Shown here piece by piece: positions 54,012-63,531 of a stretch of DNA of 63,531 nucleotides (position 1 is its first letter; each line of letters starts with the position of its first letter). The notes beneath the pieces are model-generated. The model did not search any database. It was not told where the DNA came from and saw only the letters and a program-made list of their open reading frames with translations. The DNA comes from Guillardia theta CCMP2712. Lineage: Eukaryota > Protista > Cryptophyta. Position numbers and translations under genes: made by a program. Location of the stretch: assembly GCF_000315625.1 (NCBI RefSeq), contig NW_005434621.1, positions 392,246 through 455,776 of the forward strand. Direction: 5' to 3'.

Positions 54012-56310
54012 TCACGGTCTCCTCTCGGTGTCGAAAACTTGCTGTTTCGCTTCGATAAAGTTCACATCATCCGCCACCTCCTCGTCCACCACCTCGTCCT
54101 CCTCGTCCACCACCTCGTCATCCTCGTCCACCACCTCGTCCTCCTCGTCCACCACCTCGTCCTCCTCGTCCACCACCTCCTTTTCCTCGTCCTCAACCGC
54201 CACCTCCTCGTCCACCTCCTCAACCTCCTCCTCAAATACACCACCATTATCATCACCCCTCTTCGTGTACTAATAAGCGTAGGCCGCCATCTTCGCTCTT
54301 CGTTTCTCTTGAGCTCATTCGAGACTCAGCGGCTCCTCCCAACTTCCCGTCGCTCCTCCCTGCGAGAAGTAGTCGAGCAAGTTGGTCTGTCCCGACGAGC
54401 CGCCTGCCTTGATTGTCAGCTCCTTCCCCCCTCCTCTCCCTCACCGAGAGTGATGCTTTCGCCCCCGAAGTTCCCGACGCCCTGCCCGTCCAGCGCGTTC
54501 CCGACAACGTTGAGTTTTTTTTCGATGCACTGAGGTTGAGGTGAGGGAGATGAAAGAAGAGCAAGAGAAGAGCAGAGCAAAGGAGAGGAGCAGATGAGGA
54601 CAGGAGGCTCACCGGCCACATGATATCATCAACGCTTCCCTTTGCAAGCATGTAGTGGATGTTCACTGAGTACTGCTGTCCTATCCTGTGCACTCGATCC
54701 TCAGCCTGCATCATCACTCCTGGAGTCCAATGAAGCTCCGCAAACACCACTGCGTTGGCTGCCGTGAAAGTCAGCCCGGTCCCCGCCGCTGTCACCGACA
54801 GCACAGCAGCGCTTATGTCAGGGTCCTTCTGGAACGCGTCGACCAGCCTCGCTCGCTCGCTCATGCTCGTGCTCCGTCGATGCGGATGCTCTTCGTCCTG
54901 GCCAGCTTGAGAGCGTTCTCGATCCCGTCCAACACCTCGATGTGATGCCCGAACACCAGGAACTTGCCTCCTCCATCAACCATGGTCGCGAGGTACTCCT
55001 TCACTGCCGCCAGCTTCTCTGCTCCCGTCTCCTTGTACAGCTGATTCATGAGCAGCTGTGCCAGCCCCTTGGCGTTCTTCCTCTCCTCGGGTGCCGCTCG
55101 GTTGTTCATAACGATTGCGTTCAGGCTCTGCATCTCCTCCAGCTTCTTCTTGAACGCAGCGTTCGCCTCCTTGGACGTCTGCACCCAGATCTGCTGCCGC
55201 CGCTTGCTGGGCAGCTGGGTGAGAACCTCTGACTTGAGGCGTCGGATCATCACGTCGTTGAGGAGGCACCGGAGCTCCGACAGGTTGGAGGCTCCCGAGG
55301 CGTCGAGGGCCCACCGGCCAGGCTTCGCGTCGCAGTAGCGATAGGCAAACTCGTTCCAACTGCCAAAGAGCTTCGGGCGCAAGGAAGAGATTTGCGTGTA
55401 GAGCTCGGAGGGGCGGGAGAGAGCTGGCGTGCCCGTGAGGAGGATTGCTCTCCTCACCTTGCGGATCAGAGGAAGAATCGCCTTGGTGCGCTTTGCGGAG
55501 GACGACTTGAGGAAGTGACTCTCGTCAGCTATGAGCACATTAATACTCATCTTCGAGAGCTCCTCCGTGAATTTAAGGAAGAGATCGTATGAGATGATGG
55601 TAATCTTACCGCCCATCTGATCTTTTCCTGCTGCCATGTCAGTACGAGTCAAACACGACACGCTCCTCACCTGACATGATGACATTCACGTCTTCGTGAT
55701 CGACGTCCTTGAGCCATTTCATGAGCTCCTGCAGAGCGCGTGAGTGGCCGAGGACAAGCCAAGGGGAGAAAGTGACCTGCTTCCACACGAGTCTGAGAGG
55801 GGATGGGGTCACGATCAGCAGCGGCCATTCTTTCTCGTAGTACTTGGCGATGGCGATGGCTTGTACGGTCTTGCCCAATCCCATCTCGTCCCCTATCAGC
55901 GCCCGACCCCCATGCCGGATGGCGAACGCGATCCCCTCGCGCTGAAACGGCAGAAGCCCGGCGAGCAAGTCAGGAGGCAGAGCTTGCCAGATATGCTCGA
56001 GGGAGACCATCTCAGAGCTCACGGCAGAGCTCTGACTCTCAAGCTCTCTGAGGGCCTTGAGGAAGGTCGCAGGCAGCGGCTTCACACTTACATTGCTGCA
56101 CTTGCTCAGACTGCTGACAAGCTCATCGTGCTCGGAGACATGAAAACTCCACTCGCGAGATTGAGGGTTGTAACTCCTTGTCTTCATCTCCTTGAAGATG
56201 TTGATCACTTTAGGGTTGTAAGCGCACCTTGCCGTCATCTGACTGTCTCCTGTCATGTTGAGAGTAACCTGGAAAGATGGTCCTGTCTGCTCCTGTGGCT
56301 GCTGCTGCTG

Positions 56311-56344
<34 letters not shown>

Positions 56345-56468
56345 GGCTGATGCTGCTGCTGCTGTTGCTGCTCCTGCTGCTGCTCCTGCTGCTGTGGCTG
56401 CTGCTGTTGTGGCTGATGCTGCTCGTGCTGCTGCTCGTAATGATGTTGCTTCTGTAGCTGGTGGTATG

Positions 56469-56520
<52 letters not shown>

Positions 56521-57057
56521 GTGCTGTTGCTGTTGCTGTTGCTGCAAGAGGATCGGTCTGTTCTGGTGATTTATCATCGATTGTGACGGGAGATTGTTTT
56601 GCATGTGTGTGAGATCGCCATGGTTTCTCTGTTGCTGTAAGTGCAATGGCCTGATGGGAGAGTTGGAAGCAGCATGTTGAAGATGACTGGCATCAGCTCC
56701 TCTCGACCGCGCGTTATATTCTTCATGGTCAGCCTCCTCCAGCAAGTTCCCTCCACGATAGACTGTCGGCAACTCTGAAGGCGATTTGTGGGATGTACAA
56801 GGGGAGGAAATGTTTGATGTGGAGGAAGCGAGCGGAGAGGAGGGGATGTGGCTGGGTCTCCTCAGGCCTTCAGACCTCAAGCTGGTATGTGCCATGCTCC
56901 CTGCGGATGAGAACAAAGACTCGGAGGGCTCGTCTCTCGTAGAAGAATCTCTAACGCTGTGATGATTGACATGGCTGGAGCCTTTGAATCTTTTTGCCTG
57001 ATTTAGTGCCAACTCAATGGCTGCCATTTCTTCCGCATCGACGAACTCAAGCTCCAT
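54012..57057 (-). CDS. SMARCAL1: SMARCAL1/HARP-like SNF2-family annealing helicase (one HARP domain; apparent 1-nt frameshift in the assembly)
   Basis: HARP domain [26 protein letters not shown]; [86 protein letters not shown]. The 3' end is uncertain. Confidence 0.9.
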
Positions 57058-57790
57058 GGAGACTGAGTATGATAAAACTTGGAATTTCCTCTATATTGCA
57101 ACGAAAGAAATCTGACTACCTTAACTTTCCCAAAAGTCCGAGCAACTGTTTTGATTGTTTTGGATTGCTTTTTCTGCTGCCTTCACGTCAAGATTCTCTA
57201 CGCGTTGAAACCTTACTGCCAACATCTGTGCATACATGCGAATGGAGGGAAGCATCAACAAGCACCCTCCGCATAAACGCCTCTTTCCTCTCTACTCTCT
57301 CCGGAAGTTTCACTGATCTCACTGCCTTCCCTTTACCACTCACCCTTCCCGTCTATCTTCTACACGTCTCTATCCTCTACACGTCTCTATCCTCTATCCT
57401 TGTCTCTCCTCATCTACCTCGCACCTCCCATCTTTCTAGCCGCGCCATTTTGCCCGTATTCGCCGTTACCACCCGTTACACGAAACGTGCTTTTACCAAA
57501 GCTCTAATCAATTTTTTCGGCGCACTAAAACAGATAGATTTCGAAATTTTAAAAGTATGTATGGTGCACTGACAAAAAAGTTGCAAAATTTTAATGATTG
57601 ACAGTGCAACCTGCAATGTACCGGTACTATCCAGCCCATTGGATGGGCAGGAGTGGGTGGTACTGCATTCACAACGTTATTTTGTCAAAATAATTGTGCA
57701 AAGCGCACTCCAAGGTAGCACCACGCAATAATGCTGACTCATGGTGACATTGAGTAAACATTTTTGTATCGAACCAGAACTGCCCGAAAA

Positions 57791-60560
57791 ATGCAATCCA
57801 GCAGAGCAAATGATGCCATGTTGCAGGAGCGACAACGACGACAAGAAAGGGCATTTGACCTGATAGAGAACAAAGTCATCGCTGATAGTACAAAGAAAGT
57901 TTACCGATGCAAGATCAATAGGATCGTGCGTCTGTTACTCAAAGTGAACCCCAGGGCTGTCGACGAGGACGGCGAATTGATACTCCCAATGGCATGGAAA
58001 GATTTGAAGAGTTTGTTTGGAGACCTTGTCACCAATACTGACTTACCAAAATCTAGAAGGAGAAGAGGAGGTCAAGAGCAGGAAGAGCAGGAAGAGCAGG
58101 AAGAGCAGGAAGAGCAGGAAGAGCAGGAAGAGCAGGAAGAGCAGGAAGAGCAGGAAGAGCAGGAAGAGCAGGAAGAGCAGGAAGAGCAGGAAGAGCAGGA
58201 AGAGCAGGAAGATCAGGAAGAGCAGGAAGATCAGGAAGATCAGGAAGACGACGATCAGGAAGACGAAGATCAGGAAGACGACGGAGATCATGAGGATGAG
58301 GAAGAGCAGCAAGATGATCCGCATAACGTACACGAGGGTGAGAACGAGGACATTTCAGGATACCAGGCAAGCAAGAGAACGCTGTCGTTAGGAGCACTGC
58401 AGGGGTACAAGAGTGCGTTGAAAGCATATTACAGAGACAGAAATGTAGCTTTTGACGCGACTGGAATGCCATCGGGCAGTACTTTAAACGACCGGCTCAG
58501 TCGACTCATCAAAGGTTATGGAAGGGTGGTTACTCAAAAGAAATCCACGGGAGTGATGAAATTGAAAGAAGGCAAAAGTGTCTTGGCAGTGAGAGAGTAT
58601 GGAATTATTTGTGAAAAGATGACCCAGATACGTTCAGACACTATGGCACGAGAAATAGGATCAACAGGCTTGTTCGGATTTGCTGGTACCACGATCATGT
58701 GGAACTGTTGCTGTAGAAGCGAAACTTTAGACATTCTACATCTTGAACACTTTGATTGGGAGAACGACTGCTTGAAGCTGACAATATTGAAGACCAAGAT
58801 GGACCAAGGGGGTGTTGACGCCGACATTTTTTCTCCCAGAACAAGGCACATATTTGCAGCACCCAACAAACCTATGTCTTGTCCTATCTTGGCCATTGCT
58901 TTGTATGCGTTTTCCCAAACCAGAATGAGGATAAGTCACACCAAATTTTTTCTGGGAAACGACCAGAAGCAGAGGTTTGGCCAAGTCTTGAGAAGGGTAT
59001 TGTCCACAGAGGACATGCAGGAGGAAGTATGGAGGGATGTTGGTAAGTGCTAGCCTGAGGAAGTCTTGAGACTGAGATTGAAATGTGCAGGTTCGCACAG
59101 TTTTAGGAAGGGGAGCGTGACGCATCTACTAGGCATTCCGGGAGGACCAGTCAGTACATCAATATTTCAACGAGCCAGCTGGTCCTTAGGCAACACCAAG
59201 GACAGGTACATCGGAACAGTGGAACCAGGCAATGATCAATACTGTGGGCGTATTCTAGCAGGGAACAACACCAAGAGCGAGAATTTCGATGTGTTACCTC
59301 CTCATTTCACAAGAGAAGGTCTGGCAAGAATCAACGATATTGGTATGCACAAGTTCATTGATGGATACGACACGTTCCCGGACAGCTACAAGAGATGTTT
59401 ACCAATGTTCCTTGCGCAGATAGTGTACCATCTGGACCGTCTCAAAGACATGTTTCCAAGTCACCACTTCCTATGGGGGTCACCTGTTTTTGCAGTGAAA
59501 GGCTCAAGAACAATGCAATTTTTACAAGAATTGAAAGAGCATCATATCAGTGTTTGTCGCGGGGAATGCGAAGAATGCGGTATGACCTGCAGTGGAGTTC
59601 CGATGCACGTGATGAATGTGGCTGAAATCAGGAAGCTGCGAGAGAGTCAAGAACAGGGAACAAAGCTGTTGCACGATACAGTGTTGAATGTTTCAACTTC
59701 GCTACCGCAAGACATTTACGAGCTGATCATTAGAAACTTTGAGGTGAACGGAGCCATTCCACTAGCTCAACGAGATCTGGAAAAGCTGCGGGAGGATCTG
59801 ACATCCATGATGAATACAGGATTCAGTGAAATCATGCAAGGACTTCTGACGTCGAGACTCAGGATGCAGGGTCCTGAGGAACTGACAGGGAGAGGGGGTG
59901 GAGGGGAACTGCCANNNNNNNNNNNNNNNNNNNNNNNNNNNNNNNNNNNNNNNNNNNNNNNNNNNNNNNNNNNNNNNNNNNNNNNNNNNNNNNNNNNNNN
60001 NNNNNNNNNNNNNNGGACAGGCATACTGATTGAAGGCGAAACGTTTACATGGGGGGGGATGCAACATCCTGTACCTCAAGGTTTATTTCCCTCAGAAGAC
60101 GCCGTGCAAAAGTATGTGGCAGAAATGGCACCTAGGGCAAGAGGAGAAGATTAATGGAGAATGGAAGCGTATTGGTCCACTCAAACGTTTGGAAGGAACA
60201 GATCTAGTATGTGCCAACATGAAGAAGAACCTTTGCAAAGCAAAAGCAGTCATGTTGGCCATCGAGGTAATGGGCAGAAGACTTGCAAATTTGAGTACTG
60301 ATATTGGGATCGACCATGAGAACTATTCAGAGTGCTTCAATCATGGTTACGTTGAACTTGTCAAGGAGAAGTATGGACCGAATGCATGGAAAAAACAGAG
60401 AAAAAGATTCACCGAGCTTTCATACACGACTATGTACAAAAGGTTATGTCGGAGCAACACAGGCCGAAAGAACAAGAGGAAGAGGAATGCGGTTGCCAAC
60501 CGTGACGAAGGTGTACGACGGTGCGTGTGGACATGTTACATTGCAATGGACAGTGACTGA
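57791..60560 (+). CDS. Crypton tyrosine recombinase with C-terminal putative DNA-binding (GCR1_C-like) region; frameshift near 60082
   Basis: LQGYKSALKAYY (core-binding region), WNCCCRSE (R), KTKMDQGG (K), intron 59043-59090 giving DVG|SHSFRKG (HxxR), RASWSLG (W), KDRYI (Y), DQYCGRILAG, LPPHF, FTWGG...MWQKWHLG. Confidence 0.85.
58072..58250 (+). repeat. 9-bp coding tandem repeat (CAGGAAGAG)n encoding QEE/QED
   Basis: Direct tandem repeat inside the YR ORF. Confidence 0.95.
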
Positions 60561-61083
60561 CTTTGTGTAGGGTAAGAAGAATTGACGCTGCTCGAAGCCT
60601 GACCCAACAGACTCATTCTCCACTTCATTCAGACGTTGACATGGAGAGCAGCGATTGACATGCAATAGCCTACCGGACTGTAAGATGACTTACAACCAAG
60701 TCAGTGTAATATTGGTATAAACTGCGCAGATGTGTTTGCATACAACGATTATGTCTCACCCGCCTTTCACCATTTTTTCGGCTAAGTCACATACAACTTG
60801 ATTATAAAGAATAATCCAGTACTGATTTGTACCAGTTTTGGAAAACACTCATCATGATTTGTACCGTCCTGAAATGTGTTCCTTGTACCAATCTTTGTAC
60901 CAAAATATTTAGTCAATATCTTTAAAACTAGTGCTATAAGCTGTGCACTCACAACAAGGTCTGTTTAGTTTCTAGGGTGTAGGTTTTTCTCTACCACGAT
61001 CTCAGCTGAGCAACTCAGACTGGCAGTGCAGCCTCCACTCGCTGCTCACGACGCCATCGCGCCTCTCTACCAGCCACATGCAC

Positions 61084-63531
61084 TCAAGCTTGCTTGTCCC
61101 GAGAGAGGAAGAAGGACGTGAAAGCCAGCTGAGCCTGCTGCTTCATCCAGGACTGATCGCCAAAGCGGTAGTCACAACCTTGAGGCTTGTTGGGAGGCAC
61201 AAAATCCTCCTCCTTGATGGGATAGAGCACAACGCGCACGTCATCCCTGGAAGGAAAGATGCTGAACAAGTAATCGACTTCATGATTGTAGCACGAGCTG
61301 ACGAGACACTGCGAGCAGAAACTGCCGAGGATGAGCGTCGACTTGGCAGGCAAGAACACTGAGATCATGGAGGCAGCTCCTCCTGGAGAAACTAACAGGA
61401 AGGAGCGAGAGACCATCTCAACCTGCTCAGCAAAAGCCAGGAGGCTCAGATCATGTAGCAACACCCTTGTCGAAGCATTGCCAAGGGCATCTTGCACAGA
61501 ACCTCTGACTTGTTCCATGTTGGTGACCCTTTTTCGCAGACCAGGCTTCTTCAAGATGATCAGAGCATGGTACGTCTCACTCCCTGTACGAGAGAACGAA
61601 TGNNNNNNNNNNNNNNNNNNNNNNNNNNNNNNNNNNNNNNNNNNNNNNNNNNNNNNNNNNNNNNNNNNNNNNNNNNNNNNNNNNNNNNNNNNNNNNNNNN
61701 NNNNNNNNNNNNNNNNNNNNNNNNNNNNNNNNNNNNNNNNNNNNNNNNNNNNNNNNNNNNNNNNNNNNNNNNNNNNNNNNNNNNNNNNNNNNNNNNNNNN
61801 NNNNNNNNNNNNNNNNNNNNNNNNNNNNNNNNNNNNNNNNNNNNNNNNNNNNNNNNNNNNNNNNNNNNNNNNNNNNNNNNNNNNNNNNNNNNNNNNNNNN
61901 NNNNNNNNNNNNNNNNNNNNNNNNNNNNNNNNNNNNNNNNNNNNNNNNNNNNNNNNNNNNNNNNNNNNNNNNNNNNNNNNNNNNNNNNNNNNNNNNNNNN
62001 NNNNNNNNNNNNNNNNNNNNNNNNNNNNNNNNNNNNNNNNNNNNNNNNNNNNNNNNNNNNNNNNNNNNNNNNNNNNNNNNNNNNNNNNNNNNNNNNNNNN
62101 NNNNNNNNNNNNNNNNNNNNNNNNNNNNNNNNNNNNNNNNNNNNNNNNNNNNNNNNNNNNNNNNNNNNNNNNNNNNNNNNNNNNNNNNNNNNNNNNNNNN
62201 NNNNNNNNNNNNNNNNNNNNNNNNNNNNNNNNNNNNNNNNNNNNNNNNNNNNNCCATACTTGCAGTTGGAGGAGATCAGAGTCTCGAAGCACACGGGATG
62301 TCGCATCGCCTTGACATAGATCACTGACTTGGCGAGCTCCGGCAAGATGCGTTGGCTCATCCTGTCACAATCAGCAGCTGAGTACTCGAACAGACTCGCT
62401 CCGTCATCGCAAAGGTCGTCAACGACGATGTTTTCTGGAAGCGAGACATTTGGTATCATTGTGTACAAGGAGATGAAGGCAGGAACAATGGAATCCAAAA
62501 GAAAGTGCCCGAAGTTCCCGGCTGAGTATCTGCGCAGGAAGATGGAGGGCCCCGGAACCCACTGAGATCGACGAGGAAGCGTCAGCGAGGTCTCACTCTC
62601 CACTACCCACGCGTGCCTCTCGTCCGAGTCGTCGCAGCGACCTAGTCCAGCCCCCACGAACTGTGCGTCCTCACCCGCGTACATCACGTAGCGTCCGTGC
62701 ACGTGACAGACCTGCGAGGCAGCACAAGAGCTTGTCTGCCATGCCGACGGTCCTCTCTCGCACTCCCAGCCTGCTGCATGCCCAGGAAGACTCCAGGACC
62801 CCGAGGCTTGGTCCAAGACCCGCGACTGCCAGAAGCGAACGGCATAGAAAGCCTGTAGCTCGGCGACGTCTGCAGGCTCAGGAGAATCCTCGAGCTGGTT
62901 GAGCGAGGGCTTGTCAAATATTGCTTCCAGCTCCTCCACATTGCTGGGGTCGACAGGGACTCTCCTCTTGTGCAAGTAGATTGACATCCACTGATCTCCT
63001 GCTCGCCTCGCTGGAAACGCGATAGGAAACGCGCGGAGCTGAGCGAGGACATGTCTGCGCATGAGCAACCCGAAACGACCAGCAACCATCCCCCCGCTCG
63101 AGTTGCGCTGCAAGTGTCGGTGCCGATTCTGAAGGACCAGGGAAGAAGGGGAGACGTCGGAGAGCATGCGGCCGATCAGTGTCGGGTGAAACTCTTGCTC
63201 GTCATCCGTGAAGAAGATCCATGCATCGTCATAGGCTGATGCTGTCGCTTCGAGACTCGTCAGGTACCGCGCCGGAGCTCCGACGTCCTCTCCCCATGTG
63301 ACAGAGATGTTGCGTTCCTTGCTCAACCCGCCGTCGTCATTCAGAGCTCCCCAGTCGGAGTAGACGCGGCTCAAGCACACGAAGACATGCAGTACTTGAG
63401 GGGCGAGCGAGCGAGCGACTCGTCGGCACTGACCTGACGCGACCCGTGGAGGGATGCAGGCAATGCTTGCGACCACTCGAGGAGGCGCACAAGAGAAAGA
63501 GCCCTCCATGCCTGCCGTCACCACCAGAAAC
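61084..63531 (-). CDS. Glycosyltransferase: GT-A-like N-terminal domain fused to a GT61/DUF563-like domain; probably 5'-partial and spans an N gap
   Basis: GT61-like NFGHFLLDSIVPAF, PVCFETL, RKRVTNMEQV, LLAFAEQVEMVSRSFLLVSPGGAASMISVFLP. The upstream domain has DVGAPARYL...WIFFTDDEQEF. Confidence 0.65.

Larger units (their letters stand above)
57564..60960 (+). mobile_element. Crypton-type (CryptonS-like) tyrosine-recombinase DNA transposon
   Basis: An AT-richer island between SMARCAL1 and a glycosyltransferase gene. It carries a single intron-containing YR gene with no RT, TIR or LTR. Boundaries are inferred from an imperfect 18-bp direct repeat. Confidence 0.75.
35046..62253. other. Assembly gaps (N runs) at ~35046-35145, 35488-35587, 37034-37133, 45464-45563, 59915-60014 and 61603-62253
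   Basis: Runs of N, mostly next to microsatellites. Confidence 0.99.

Noticed and set aside
53209-54273. 354-aa alternative-frame ORF overlapping the BIG 3' end
   Set aside because: Off-frame ORF in GC-rich coding DNA running into an antisense acidic repeat.
59915-60014. Reading-frame continuity across the N gap in the recombinase
   Set aside because: The 100-N gap length is arbitrary, so frame across it cannot be judged.
57764-60560. Prophage/bacterial integrase or DIRS retroelement
   Set aside because: It contains a spliceosomal intron, with no phage, gag or RT genes and no LTR/ITR nearby; Crypton fits better.

Overview
Eukaryotic nuclear DNA. It is gene-dense, with many ~45-50 nt GT-AG introns (CTGAC-type branch points) and abundant (GAG)n/(CTC)n/(CAG)n microsatellites; the style suggests a cryptophyte alga (Guillardia/Hanusia-like; inference only). 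Genes in order: a type-I membrane protein with 12 D-x-C-G-x-C-G-G repeats, an unresolved hypothetical locus, a secreted repeat protein, a polyQ/polyE hypothetical protein, an RI-like LRR protein, a very large two-module CNBD/ankyrin cation channel, SF3A2, WDR36/UTP21, U2SURP/SR140, B9D2, a ZGRF1-like SF1 helicase, a BIG-type Sec7 ARF-GEF, SMARCAL1, a Crypton-type tyrosine-recombinase transposon and a partial GT61-like glycosyltransferase fusion. Two features stand out. (1) A single-chain tandem channel, [6TM-CNBD-9xANK]-[CNBD, EF-like linker]-[6TM-CNBD-9xANK], with two different non-canonical selectivity filters and asymmetric S4 segments. (2) An intron-containing Crypton (CryptonS-like) with an intact R-K-HxxR-W-Y catalytic set, candidate 18-bp imperfect direct-repeat termini, subterminal TTGTACC repeats and a frameshift in its C-terminal domain. 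Exon boundaries were read by eye; no database searches were run.
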